DNA of 64,000 nucleotides from the human T2T-CHM13v2.0 reference genome, Homo sapiens (GCF_009914755.1 NC_060926.1), one strand, 5' to 3'. Positions 1 to 14,357 are shown, counted from the first letter of the stretch. Notes: generated from the sequence alone by a model not told the origin. Program-made: numbers and translations.

Positions 1-1290
1 GAATCCTCAGAACAGCAAGAGAAAGGAAACAAATAACATACGAGGGAGCTCCACTACATCAGAGGCAGCAGAGTTTTCAGTGGAAACATTACAGGCCAGG
101 GGAGTGGCATGACATATTTAAAGTGCTAAAGAAAATAGTCTTTTACCCTAGAATAGTATATCCAGAGAAAATAGCCTTTAAACATGAAGGAGAAATAAAG
201 AACTTCACAGGCAAAAAAAAAGTTGAGGGACTTCATCAACACCAGAACTGTCCTGCAAGAAATGCTGAAGGGAGTTCTTCAATATGAAAGAATAGGATGT
301 TAATGAGCAATAAGAAATATCTGAAGTTACAAAACTCACTGGTAAGAGTAAACACACAGAAAAACAGAAGAATAGTATAACAGTGTAACTATGTTATATA
401 AACTTCTCTTGACTTAAGTAAAAACACTATATAATAAAACAATAAAAAATAACTACAACAAATTTTCAAGAAATAGACAATACCATAAGACATAAAGAGA
501 GAAAACAGTTAAAAAGTGGAGATGAAGTTAAAGTTATTATTAGTTTTTTTTCTCCATGTTTGTGTTTGTTTAAACAATCAATGCTAAGGTGTTGTCAATT
601 AAAAATAATGAGTTATAGCATTTTCAAGCCTTATGATAATTTCAAATAAAAAAATAAAATGGATACAGAAGAAATCAAAAACAAAAAACTAAAGCATAAC
701 ACTGGAGATAATCACCTTCGCTAAAAGGAAAACAGGATGGAAGGAAAGAAGGAAGAGAAGATCATAACACAACCAGAGAATAACAAAATGACAGGAGTAA
801 GTCTCTACTTATCAATAATAACCTTGACTTTACATTAACCAAATTCTCCAGTTAAAAGACATACAGTGCCCTAATGAATGAGAAAACAAGACTCCATGAT
901 CTATTGCCTATAAGACACACTTCATCTATAAAGATACACACAGACTGAAAATAAACAGATGGAAAAAGACATTCATGCCAATGGAAACCAAAAAAAAAAA
1001 AAAAAATAGCAGGAATAGCTATACTTACATGGGACGAAATAGATTTCATGACAAAAACTGTAAGCAGAAAAAAAGGAAGGTCATTATTTAATAATAAAGG
1101 GGTCAATTCAGCAATAATAGTTATACATTTTAAAATATGTAAATTACTTGAATTATTTGTAACACAAAGGATAAATGCTCAAGGCGATAGACACCCAATG
1201 TTCCATGATGTGTGCCTGTACCAACATATTTCATGTACCCCATAAACATACATACCCACTATGTACCCACAAAAATTAAAAATAAAAACA
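1..1290 (+). mobile_element. Old LINE-1 (L1MA-like): ORF1 C-terminus, inter-ORF region and ORF2 endonuclease start, joined at ~1110 directly to the L1 3' end
   Basis: ORF1-end motifs (ttttcagtggaaacattacaggccagg, aaacatgaaggagaaataaag). ORF2 start atgacaggagtaagt at ~788. L1MA-type 3' terminus catgtaccccataaa...aaaaattaaaaataaaaa. Confidence 0.85.
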
Positions 1291-1415
1291 ATTGAATAGA
1301 GACAAATACGAAAAAACATATCTCATGTACCCCATAAATTTATTCACCCACTATATACCCTACGATGTAACCATAAAAATTAAAAATAAAAAAATTGAAT
1401 AGGACAAATTTGAAA
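1223..1415 (+). repeat. Diverged ~92-bp tandem duplication of the L1 tail plus 3' flank
   Basis: aacatat.tcatgtaccccataaa...aaaaattaaaaataaaaa..attgaatag(a)gacaaat occurs at 1223 and again at 1315. Confidence 0.85.
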
Positions 1416-3054
1416 CAAACTGAGGGCTTTAGTATTGTCTGGCTCTTGTTGTGCCAATTGGTTTCATTTTTTTACCTTTCTCAGGAAAAAATTAAAATAA
1501 TATTTAGAAGAGAACTTTATAAACTAAATTTCTCTATGTCAAAATGTATTGTTATTACCATGCTCCTACATTCAGTTCAATTCTCTTTGTTTTTAAGTGG
1601 GAACTGCAGATGGGAAATAAAATTATTACATTGCTATATTGCAAAAGCATTTGCATTACAGCAACTAAGTTATAAAATAGTCACTAAAACTCTAGTTTAG
1701 TGTTTCCTTATGTGAAGTAAAAATGCAAATTTTATATAGCATTAGTGAATTCAGGATAAATAAGTGCCTCTTTCTTTTCAGGGCTGTTTTTTTATTTAAA
1801 AAAATAAAATATTATTTTTAGTTACAAGCCAGGATGTGTATTTGACTTGATTAGTAGGCAACATAAATATTTCTTGCTTCAAATTCTAACTGGAATATTT
1901 AGAATAAGGTCTGATAATAAATATGGATCTGTTATTAAGTTTGACTTATACTACCAATGCTCATAATTCCAGTTATTTTCTCATTTTAAAAATTCTGTAA
2001 TTAACATGTAATGTAAGTAATAGGTATTTAGTAAAAGTCTCATCATTTAAGCAGCCTGACTCCTCATAGGCCTGTTTAATTAAACCAATTAAATATCATA
2101 AATAAATATCTGTTTAGTTTTGTTGTTTTTAAGTAAATGAATTTATTAAAACTATTAGAAACTAAAATTAAATCCTATTAACTAATTATAAAAATAAAAT
2201 TGACAAAATTTATATAGTCATTATTAATATGTGAGTAATTCATGTTTGTTCAAATGTTTGGGATTATATTTGGGCTGATTTTGATCTTTATAAGTGCCAG
2301 ATTATATTACTATGCTTCTTTTCAGAACAATTATGAAAGTTGTCAGTGATGTTAAATCACTAAAGATTTCCAGCTCATAAGGAAATTGGTGTTATTCAGA
2401 GAGATATCAAAGGGAGGATGAGGGGCAGGTTTGAAGGGAATATTTTTGGAATAGTGCCTCTGGGGTGTTTGTGGGACCTACAGATGAATATATAAATGGA
2501 ACAGTTGGAATTTTTGGTTGAGAATTTAGTAAAGATATTGCTGAAAATCAAGGATGTGGAAATGTAAGTATTAAGCTCAAACCTAGGAAGTGTACAGAGG
2601 GAAAATAACCTGTATTTATTTATCACTCAGAGTGTTAGTTTTGACAAACCAATATTGCCGTAAGTCTATAAACAGCGATTTTCAAGAAAGTTTTATTTTA
2701 CAAGTACAATCAGCATTATGAAGTCAATAGAGAACGTTGAGGCATCATGGAAATAACAAGAGTGGAAAGTTCTTACAACACCTAGTTCTAAAAATTTCAG
2801 GGTTAGAGGTGGTCCGATAGTATTAGGGGCATGAAATAGATGTACCAGAATAGCATTGTAGTGAGTAGAGGGAGGGAACACTGACAGGAAGGCTGGGTGA
2901 TGCAGAGTGGGGGTCAACCCCAGGAAGCAGAAAGTAGGGTAGAGAAGGATATGAAGAGGTTTAGAGTGGGGAACAAACTAACACCTGCATAGGTTCAGAA
3001 TACACTCCTGCGGAATTCTAACATTTTTTAAAATGATGAACGATTAAAGAATGG

Positions 3055-4350
3055 CAATAAGCAATGGGGAAAAAAACTCCCTGTTCAATAACCGGTACTG
3101 GGGTAACTGGCTAGCCATATGCGGAAGATTGAAATTGGACCTTTACCTATCATCCATCTAAAGTTAATATACAAAAATTAACTTAAGAAGGATACAAAGC
3201 CTAAGAGCGAGACCTCAAACAATAAAAATCCTAGACAAAAACCTAGGAAATACTCTTCTGGACATCAGCCTTGACAAGAATCTATGGCTAGATAGTTTTT
3301 TTTTTTCTTGCAACAAAAACAAAAATTGACAAGTAGGACCCAGTTAAGCTAAAGATTTTCTGCACAGCAAAAGAAACTATCAACAGAATAAAAAAAAAAA
3401 CAACCTACACAATGAGAAAAGATATTCAAAATCTATGCATCCAACAAAGATCTAATATCCAGAATATATAAAGAACTGAAATAAACAAGTAGAAAACAAC
3501 TAACCCCATTACAATTGGCAAAGGACAGGAACTTACACTTCTCAAAAGAAGACATACATATGGTCAACAACCATGTGAAACAGTGCTCTTCATCTTTAAT
3601 CATCAGAGAAATGCAAATCAAAACCACAATGAGATACCATCTCACACCAGTCAGAATGACTACCATTAAAAAGTCAAAAATAAGAGACGTGGTGGGGCTG
3701 CAGAGAAAAGAGAACAGTTATATACTGTTGGTGGGAACGTAAATGAGTGCAGCCACTGTGGAAAGCAGTTTGGAGATTTCTCAAAGAACTAAAAACAGAA
3801 CTACTATTTTACTCAAGATTTCCATTGCTGGGTATATACCCAAAGGAAAATAAATATTCTACCAAGAAGGCTTGCACCCATATGTTCACTGCAGTACTAT
3901 TCACAATAGCAAAAACTTGGCATCAATCTGGGTGCCCATCAACAGTGGATTGGATAAGGAACATGTGGTACATTTACTCCATGGCATACTATTCAGTCAC
4001 ACACACCCAAATGAAATTATGTCCTTTGCAGCAACATGGATGAAGTTGTAGTCCATTAGCCTAAGTGAGCTAATGGAGAAACAGAAAACCAAATACCACA
4101 TTTTTCCATTCATACATGGAAGTTAAACATTGGGTACACATGAAAATAAAGATGGGAAAAATAAGATAACTACAGGAAGGGGAAGGAAAGGAGCGGGGCA
4201 AGTGTTGAAAAACTACTTATTGGGTTCTATGCTCACTACCTGGGTGTAGGACCCAATCATACTTCAACCTTTATCATCACACAATATACCTTTGTAACAC
4301 AGCTGTACACATACCCCCTGAATCTAAAATAAAAATCAAAAAATAAAAAG
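3055..4350 (+). mobile_element. 5'-truncated LINE-1 (L1PA15/16-like), ORF2 C-terminus and 3'UTR
   Basis: ORF track 3515 and 3747 give L1 ORF2 C-terminal peptides ([40 protein letters not shown]). 3' end is tgctcactacctgggtg...ccccctgaatctaaaataaaa. Confidence 0.92.
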
Positions 4351-6280
4351 AAGCCACTTACTATGGAGGTGGGAGGAAAACTAAAACATATTTTTTTTTC
4401 ATAGTGAATAGAAAGAAACTTGTAAGCAGAAGAGAATCAGAAATAACATATGCTGAAGCAGGATCAATAACAATAAGAATTAGATGTTGCCTACAGGATT
4501 GAAAAACCATGAAAATAGTATATACTTCATTAAGAGTATTCATGGAGTAGTAAGGTTGAAACAGCTATGGTGGGAGGCGTGAATACAAGATGAGGAAATA
4601 GAAACAGTGGGTTTAGTCTCCTTTTTCATTAGTCTTAAGTGGGAAGATCAGGATAATGAGAAAGCAATGCATGAAAATAGAGAGGAGGAACTATGTTTAC
4701 AATATGAGAGACCTGAATGTATTTATTTGTTGACAAGAAAGGACCAATGTAGAAGCAGTATATGCAATCTAAACATGGGGGTAATTATAAGTGGGGAGAG
4801 AATTATAAATGAGTGTTCCAAATACATTGAAACTTTATTGTGTAGAGACATAGCTTTGTAAGTTCAATTAAGTGCTAATTTAATTCAGCTAGTCTTTCGT
4901 TTTGTCCTTTTCATTACTTTATTTATTTTTAGAACAGAACTTCACAGTGTACAGTACAAAAATGAAGTGATAGGTTCATGATGTTAACAATCTTGTAAGA
5001 ATAAAAGATATAATGTTTCTGAATTTCATAGTGAAGAGTTTATATTTTACTTTTTAAATAATGAAAATGTATTAAAATTTTAAACACATAAATGAATATT
5101 TTAGGTAAACCTGAGAGAATTTAAAAGGAAAGTGGAAAACATTGGTTTCTAGTACCTCATACAAAACTGATTGAAAAAAGTAGAAATATATGAACACCAA
5201 CAGGAAAATATGGATAAGTCAAATGTTAGCTAGATGTCTCAAATTTTTGTTTTTTTTTTCTTTTTTTCTTTTCTGGATACAGGATATCTTGAAAAATCTC
5301 TAGCTACTTGGTAGAACTCAGTGAAGGAATACTCTGAAAGGCAGCACAAGTCCATCTATTTATAATCCTAGAACCCCAGGTTTGAATTGGAGTTTTTGTA
5401 TTGTTTTCCTCTTCCCTTTACCCCAAAGTGTGTTGTACCATGATTGGAATTTTAAAAGAGCAGCAGTCTGGCAGACGAGATGGTAACACAGCCTGACTGT
5501 GTTATGTCTTTAAACTTTTAGTTTTCCAGGGAAAAGCTAAAAGTTCCATAACTGACTTTCTATCTTAGATATCAAAAACAATGGGATGCCATTAGTAAGG
5601 AGATAGGAAGATGTGTGGTTGATATGAGAGAAACTCTGTGTGGGTTATCACTATGGCTTAAGTAATCTATTAGTAAGATACAAGTATTTGTGTATAAAAT
5701 ATGCCAGGATTCTATCATATAGAATGGCTAGAAGACAGAGTCCATTTAAATTCTTCAAATCATCTTAAGCCACTCACTTATCACATGACATGACTAAATC
5801 CAATTTGTGTTTTAGAAAGGAAAAAAAAATAAATGGATGAAGATGAAGATAATACTTGAAGCAATGTAGTAAATGCCAAGGGTATGAACTAGGCAAGGAG
5901 AATGAAAATTTAGAACGAATATAAGACATATTTCTTGGTTAAAATCCACAAGATTTGGTAACAATTTTGATATGCAAATAAAAAGAAAGCTGATCAAAAG
6001 TGGAGGATATCTAAAAAATTTTAGTTCAGAAATTATCCAAAACAAAAAACACTGAACACTATCATGTTTATGAGAGAAAATATAATTTTCTCATTTTTAA
6101 AAATATACATTATACTTACTGAATATGCAAAATGTCCACTGACATTGCAAAGGAAGCAAAGAACTTCCAGGTCTAGAAGACAATAGTGATGAGACCATGT
6201 CAGTAATGGAGAGTAGGAAAACTATTACATTCATCTGTATTTGTATAATATAGCAACACATTTGAAATTTGCTAGACCTG

Positions 6281-7085
6281 CTGTAAAACACTATTAAAAA
6301 GAAATGCAATACCTGACATTCAGGAACTGGTCGTCTGGCAATATCAGCTGAGTCTTTCTTCTTTTTTTTTTTTTTTTTTTTTTGAGACAGGGTCTCCTCT
6401 GTCACCCAGGCTGGAGTGCAGTTGTAGTTGTGTGACCATGGCTCGCTTCAGCCTAAACTTCCTGGGCTCAGGTAATTCCTCTGCCTCTGTCTCCTAAGTA
6501 GCTTGGTGCACACCACAGGTGCACCCCACCATGCATGCCTGGCATTTTTTTTTTTTTTGTAGACAACGGGGTTTCACCATGTTGCCCAGGCTGGGGGCCT
6601 TTCTATTCTTCTGTAGAACATAAACTGTTTTACAGGACATTCATCAGATAAGATCACTTTGTGACCATGATGAATAGGGAAAAAACAAGACAGTTTTATA
6701 CTCATATCTGAACACAGACCAGATACCATCATTGTCTAAACCACAAATTGCCCAAATTCCCCTTATCCTGACCAATCTGACTGATTTCTGCTTCTTTACC
6801 AGTTATAGCTTTAGCCTAGGTCTAGACTTTATTCATTTTATATAAGATTTGTTAAAGTACCCAAACATAGAATAATTCCTGCTTCCAGAGCAAAGTCCTA
6901 CCTCCTTAAACGTTTCCCCAAATCACCTAACCTAAACCCAAATCTTATATAATTCCTTTCTAGCAACCTCTAACTGAGATGCCTTACAGTTCTTTATGGT
7001 GTGCATTCTCCTTTCAAGCAAAATGTACTAAATTCAATTTGTTCAACTGGTGTTCCCTGTGGTCTTTTTGGCTGAAGGAAATTGG
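6281..7085 (+). mobile_element. ERV1-class solo LTR (MER67-like) interrupted by an Alu
   Basis: The terminal region ttgttcaactggtgttccctgtggtctttttggctgaagg resembles the remembered MER67 terminus. LTR-like sequence continues on both sides of the Alu. Confidence 0.5.
6362..6594 (-). mobile_element. AluJ-type, 5'-truncated
   Basis: Poly-T followed by gagacagggtctc...cccaggctggagtgcag, a middle T-tract, and gtttcaccatgttgcccaggctgg (J-type). Confidence 0.9.
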
Positions 7086-7499
7086 GAAAACTGCAAAATC
7101 TTCCATGTCCTTCCATCCCTCATCCCTCCCACCATCCCACACAGAGTAAGAAAAAGCAAAAATGCAGTATTCTGGAGGAACAAAGGCATGAAGAAAAGTT
7201 CAAACAAAATTTTGGTTTCATAACTTGAAAATGGAAATTACAACTTAAGATATTTTAAAAAATTATTCTAGTAATTCTTAACTTTTTCTTTCTTATGGCT
7301 GAGGCTTCAAATATTTATCAAATTCTTAATATGTAGGTTGTTTAATCCTCAATATGTAGTAATATGTAGGTCCTTTAATCCTATGCTGGATCACTATTAA
7401 AATCTGTGTTCAGGGTATTTTGTTTCTGGAAATGTGATTAACTGCATTATTACAATCAAGTTATAGTTATAAATTATTATAAGCTCTTTCAGTTTTTAC

Positions 7500-8215
7500 T
7501 CAATGGCCTAAAGAACTTTGTAATCAGTAAAAGTCTGATTGGGTTATTTCATCATATTATAATAGAACATGATCCTCTCTTCTTTCTGTAGTTCTAGCTT
7601 ATTCTGCTATGACTCCTAGTTTGCCTTTCTTTGTAGTTTCCAACATGTGGCAGCTTAACATTTACATGTGAGAATGATGATGTTCAGCACCTCTTGCTCT
7701 TTCATGTCTGGCTGGTTAAGGGGAGTGTTATGTGGATTGATTTCCACTGGTACTCAGCCAGTCCCTTGTTTCCCATTTGCTCACTGACAGGTTTTATGAA
7801 GGACACTAAGCGCACAGTTGCCACTTCCTTTATGAGTTCATTTGTAATGTTGTACCATGTGCCTTTCCCAGTTTGAGCTTGTTTCCTGCTGTTTCTTTCT
7901 CTGGCAGCAAAGGTGAAGGTTATTTTATGACTGTGCAGATGATTGCCTCACACTTGGTACTGTCTATAAGGTCCCTTTGTACCTCATATAGCTTCTTGAA
8001 ATATACTTTCCAGTGGTTTTAGATGTCTTCCTGTGCTGTTAGCACTTTGCCATCTGCTGTCCGGATGCCACTGCAGTCTTTCGGTAAAATTTAATGTTTA
8101 CAGATCCCTTCGTAGTATTTACATCTACCCCTTGTTTCCAATATTTTTTACTACATTGATTGTTATCTTTTAATCTCTCACACTTGGGTTCTAATTTTTC
8201 CCAAGCCTTTTTCAC
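7500..8215 (-). mobile_element. Ancient RTE-clade LINE fragment (MamRTE1/L4-like), linker and RT N-terminal region, decayed
   Basis: Manual minus-strand translation across frameshifts gives, in order: SGIRTADGKVLTAQEDI*NHWKVYFKKLY; PSPLLPEKETAGNKLKLGKAHG; NITNELIK; VLHKTCQ; WETRDW; WKSIHITLP; SFSH; IAE*A; FTDYK. This follows the motif order of RTE-type reverse transcriptases. Confidence 0.8.
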
Positions 8216-10467
8216 CCCATTATAGAAAATTAACCATTTTGTTAAATGTGTCATGCTAACATAGTCAATGCTTTAGTAGATGATGTTCAAATGTATCACA
8301 AATATTTATTAAAATAAAAGTGATCATAAATTAAATCTACTGGTGTTAAAAGTTCATCTGTCTGTTAAAATTTTATAGACACCTCATAAGTAAATTCTAT
8401 GCATCTAAGATGTCATGGTTTAAAAAAGTGTTTTCTTTATCAAATCTTGAATTCATCCCAGGGTTATGACACCAATTTGATGTTTGTTGTGGTTTTTATT
8501 TGGAATGATTTTTATGAGCACATAATATTGAATTTATCTAGATTTTTATGTGTTTAATTATTACATTATTATTTAAGAAACATAATTTTATACAAATCTT
8601 TGAATGTGATTATCACTTTATTTGCAGTTATTGTTCAAACTATAACTACTGACAGCTCCCTGGAATGTATTTAGACATTCCTGACACTTTCACAAAATGC
8701 AATCTATTGCTTTGAAATTGAAAAAAAAAATTCTGCTTCTGACAAGATGAATTTATGTTCTAGCCCTCCCAATATTGGAATTACACAAAATAAATATCTT
8801 TATGGCTTTTATTACCATCACCTTACACATTCTTCTTTTTTCACTAATACGAACCAGTTGTAATGGGGAAAATTCAAGGTCATAAATAAAAGTGATGTAG
8901 TGACACAAGTTACCAAACATTGTAGAAGTGCTTCAGAGAACCCAAGGGAAATTTTCTAAAAATACACTAAAAATTACAGTGATGACAAAACCATATGGCT
9001 TAAAATGATCATACATTTCACTATAAACTAATTTTATTGTTTTAAAAATGTATTAATTTATGAGAATCATTCTATTTACTTCACACTGTCCTATTTCTCC
9101 AAAATGAAGATTTTCTGTTCCTTTTGCTTACAGCAATGGTTACTGGACTCTTCTCTGTTATTCAAATGTGTAAAACAAATAGGAATATAGAAATGAGATA
9201 CACAAGTCATTCTGAGGTGCTATACTTTGTATTAGTTTGGTTATCCTTTTCAAGGAACTCAAAACAAAAACAAAACCAGAAATAACTAGGCATCAAAACA
9301 AGGGCTGACAAATTACCATCTCTTCTCTCTGTCTCCACACACCTACAACTTCAGTTATAGGTGAATAAAAGTGCAAATAATATACAAATATATTATGTTT
9401 TTGTTAAGTTTTATTTTATAATTGCCTTGATTAATATTAGTATCTTTAAATGAAAGAACTAGAAGTATGTATTATCATTTGAAAACTTATAAAGTGTAAC
9501 AGGATCTCTTTAGGTGTCCAGAGCTCTAAGCATTCTCCAACTAAAACAAGCTAATAAACTCAGGACCTCATTCCTCAGTGAATCAAGTAAACTTTTAGGT
9601 TTTTATTGTTTTTTCCCATTACTTTCTTCTCCCAAACAGTCATATGCTTTCATAAACATTCCAGGGGTTATAAGTATAAAGAGAGCAGTTCAAGTATAAC
9701 TAAACAGTGGCAGTCAAAATAAAGCATCATTATAGAGTTTTAGATCAAATAATATCAATAATATTGCCTGATAATTAAGCATATGCTGGGAACATGAGCA
9801 TTGTGTTAATTCTTGAATTTTAGTGAAGGACAGAAATAGCAGTCCTTGTGAAGTGAAAGTTTAAGTGAAACAAAGTTTCCATTTAGTCTGAAACAAATGA
9901 CTATCTAGAGATTTAACAAAGTAAGAAAGTAACTTTGTGTGTCTTTCTGATAAGATAATTAAAGTAATTAAAACTACTAGCTAGTAGCAAATATTTTATT
10001 GATTCTTTTTATAAGGAATATTTAAGATGATTCATGTGCACCCAAAAAAGTCTCAGATTTAAGGGATGTTATAGAACAGACTGAAGGCTACACCTCTGAT
10101 TGGTTCCATAATAGTTAGGAGGAAATCACATAGCTTTTTAAATTAAGTGGTGCTTCTTATTCACTCTTCTTTAAGAGATTAATTCTTTTTGTAACTCTTA
10201 TTTATTTGAAGTCCTTCTTTATCCTGTATTGGCCATCATTTCCAAAGCCAAATGCAAATGTCCATACTCCTACTCAATCTCAAGGGTCTGCTGTTCACAT
10301 TGCCATTCATCCTGTTCTGTTTGTTCTTCCTCCTGTCCTAACTGTGAATTTATGTTATTTCTCATACAGCATTTGATCTAGAAACGTGAAAGCTATTTGA
10401 GGTGTTTTTTCCTCCATGGCTATCACAAATAATAACGTGTGGTTTTAAAAATTATATCTCCCAACTG

Positions 10468-10553
10468 CCTCAAAAGGCTAACTCTTCTTTATTTCCATAG
10501 CCATTGTCCCTCAAAAGGCTAACTCTTCTTTATTTCCATAGCCATTATCCCTC
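10468..10553. repeat. 41-bp tandem duplication (2 copies, 1 mismatch)
   Basis: cctcaaaaggctaactcttctttatttccatagccatt(g/a)tc at 10468 and 10509. Confidence 0.95.
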
Positions 10554-10654
10554 TTCTGATCACCTTGTTACATTTCCCCCACGACCACAACCAACTTTTG
10601 TGATCACCCTGCTTCTTGGATTTGTCCAAACTGCAGATATGGTTATGCCACCCC

Positions 10655-11100
10655 TGCTGTGGACTGAATGTGTTCACCAAAATTCATATTTGAAACTTAA
10701 TGGCCAATGTGATGAAATTAAGAGGTGAGATCTTTAAAAGGTGATTCAATCATTGGGGTGGAGCCTGCATGGATAAGATTAAGACTCTTGGAAATGAGCT
10801 TGAGGGAGTGGGCTTATTTTCTTCTGCTCTTCTACCATGTGAGGACCCAGCTTTCAATCCTCTTTGTCCTTCCCTCTCTTCTGCCATGTGAGGACAGAGC
10901 ATTCATTTCTTCTGGAGGATGCAGCAAGAAGGCATCATCTTGGAAGCAGAGAATAGCCCTCATCAGACACCAAACTTGCTGGAGCCTTGATCTTGGACTT
11001 TACATTCTCCAGAACAGTGAGCAATAAATTTTTAGTGTTTATAAACTACCCAGTCTCAGGCATTTTGTTATAGCAGCTCAGACTAAGACAGACTAAGACA
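10655..11100 (+). mobile_element. ERVL-MaLR solo LTR (MSTB/MSTD-like)
   Basis: Starts tgctgtggactgaatgtg. Contains gccctcatcagacaccaa and ttgatcttggactt, an aataaa, and ends gactaagaca (this last 10-mer is duplicated). Confidence 0.9.
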
Positions 11101-13056
11101 ATATACAATGCCTTAGTTTAATACTTTAATACTTTCATGAATAACAATAGTAAATAAATGAATACAATTATTTAAATTATGAGATTGTTCATTGTCTCAT
11201 TGTCTAGTCCTTACCTGTATCTGTCTCTCTCCACATTCTGAAATCGACCTTGTGATTTTTGCATAATTGTGTTATACATAACTGTATACCCAGATGTCCC
11301 TCAATTTCATATATATGTTTACAAAATAGACATTTTATCTTGCTCTTCTCTTTCCTTTTTATTTGATACTTTTCTTATCTATTATTGGTTTAGCTATTCC
11401 TAGTGGCCTAAAGATGTAATTTTATTGCAAACATCTGAACAACTCAATATATTCTTCACACTCCCTGCTTACTTTAAAGCTTTAGTATTTACACAGTTGG
11501 GGATATATCTATATAGAAATACTTATCAGTGAAGTAAACCTTTTTTCCCTGATGTTTCATCTTAATGGTAAAATCATCCTCCTGTTGCCATTACACTCTT
11601 CAACTTATGTATAAGAATTCTGTTAACTCTAAGCAGCATGTTTAAAGTAGGTTAGTTCAAAGTTGTGAGATGGTTGCACATTTTCAGTAGGTCTAAAAAT
11701 TAAGTTCCACATTGAATTGTTTTAAAGCACTATGGCAAACATTAAAGTGTTTAATTCATTATTGAAACACTTTCATTACAGCAACAACAGTTTAACATCC
11801 TGCAGTGGTAATTCTAAATGAAAAATTAAGTATATATTTGTGTTAGCTTAGGTGGTTTATATATTCGATGATACAGTCTTGTTATACAGGATATTGCTCT
11901 TCAGAGAGAGAGGCATATGCTTTCAAGTGATTCATTTAAATGCATCAAATCAATACAGAATATTTTTAGACTAATTTTGTTTAATTGATTGAAGATTTTT
12001 CAGAACTTTTTTTCCCAGGGAACTTTAGTACAACTATGTCAGCACGAATCATGAAAAGAATGCATGAATACAGTAAAGAGTTCCTATTCATTTTAATTTT
12101 GAAAGATCTAAACTTCAGGGGAAAAATCCTTAAAACTACAATAAATAATCAAGTAAATGTAGGTATACCAATAATACTGGAAATGAAATAGTATTCCCCT
12201 TTTTGTTTTGTGTGTAATAAATTAAAGTAAAAATAAAGTTTGTGTGTGTCATTTTAATATATGAATTTTTAATGTGTAAGGGTTTTAAAAGTTAGTTTAA
12301 ATTGAATACTCTGTCTCCTCTATTTATGCTTAAAATATTTCCATGCTTTTTGATTTTTTAAAATCATGCAGCACATATGAAGCTAGTTGGAATGGTGAAT
12401 TAAGAAATATTGTACTTGGACATGTAAAAAATCCTAAAAGTTATACCTGCTTATATCGATGTAACCTATGCTCATAGTCTGGTTGATTGTAGATTGCTGA
12501 TAACTTATTTTTTCATAGCTCTCTGCTTATTAGGGATTTTATATATCTTGATTTAATTAATTTAAATTTTCAGGGAGGGAAATCTTTGTTCTTGAACTGG
12601 GCCTAATTTAAATGTTATTCTTTAATGTCATCACTTGCCTTGGAGAATAGAATTAAGGATAGTGATATCCTTATCCATACTCTGTTTCTAACAATGGATT
12701 CATAGATTAGACTATGGGATAGTTCAGGAGAACTTTTTAATATTCAACTTGTGATCATCTAAACCTGCAATAGGAAAAGGAGATTAAGTTTGTTTATGAA
12801 TGACATGTGCCATGACGAGCACAAAAATATCAACTTCATATTGCAGTTCTATTTTTTTCTTTCTTAGTGTAAAAAGCAGTTTCTCTGACTAAGATCAAGC
12901 AACCGAACCACTACTATATTGTTCCTACCACTAACGGCTGAGCTGTAATGCTAAACAGACAAGACAGTGGCCAGTGAAATACATTTCCTGCTTTTAATGC
13001 CAGGGACTCATATAGCAAAAATTGAAGACATGTTCCTCTAAGGAACTACTTTGATG

Positions 13057-13114
13057 ATATATATATATATATGAGATATATCTCATATATATATATAGTT
13101 CCCCCCCCCCCCCC
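13057..13114. repeat. (TA)n forming a perfect 38-bp palindrome, followed by C14
   Basis: 13060-13097 tatatatatatatgagata|tatctcatatatatatata. Poly-C at 13101-13114. Confidence 0.9.
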
Positions 13115-13189
13115 AAGAGATTCATTAAGGCATCCTTGTACCTGTTTAACTTTCCTTGGAACAAGAATTGTTGATTGTGATGTAGAGGT

Positions 13190-13350
13190 AACCTATCTAG
13201 CAGTGTAGGGGCTATTTATGTGTGCCTATTTTAATTTAAGTAAAATTTAATTCCGTTCCTTGATCTCACTAGCCACATTTCAAGTACTCACTAGCCACAT
13301 GTGACTGGTGACTAGTGACACTTCTATTAGTGCCAAAACTTGTAGCAGAC
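13190..13350. mobile_element. MER3-like hAT-Charlie DNA transposon remnant
   Basis: cactagccacatttcaagtactcactagccacatgtgactggtgacta. Confidence 0.7.
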
Positions 13351-13916
13351 CACCTTCTCCAGAGAAAGCATTCACATCTCATCCACTTAGGGAAACGACA
13401 CCAATGACTTGGGGTATAACCAGTAATAATTAGGTCCTTATAGCTACTAATGAGTGTGTTTATGAGTCATATATGCCTAAAAATATATTTTGTACCTACA
13501 GTTGTTCATTTTTATTTATGATTTTAAATTTCCAGAGCACAAAACACATGCTCACTGTGAACAACAGGCACACAAAAAATCAAATGAAATAATGAAGAGT
13601 GGAGGAATGTAAAATGTGAAAGATCTCAGTCTCACCTACCAGATCTCCACTCCTCAGATGAAAGTTTTCTAAAAGTTTGGCACTAATCATTTCAGACCTT
13701 CATTCATCTATCCAGCACACATCTATCATATTATAAATAATTGAAGATCAAATAATATGTGCATTTTCTCCTATGTGGATTTGTCTGGGAAATCAAAAAA
13801 TATTTCAGAAAAGTTTTGACCTTAGAAAATGAGTTAGAAAAATCTCAGATTTTATGCTACCATTTTAAAATTTGTCTGTGCATTTGTCTATGCATCCCAA
13901 ATAACAAGACTGAGTG

Positions 13917-14357
<441 letters not shown>

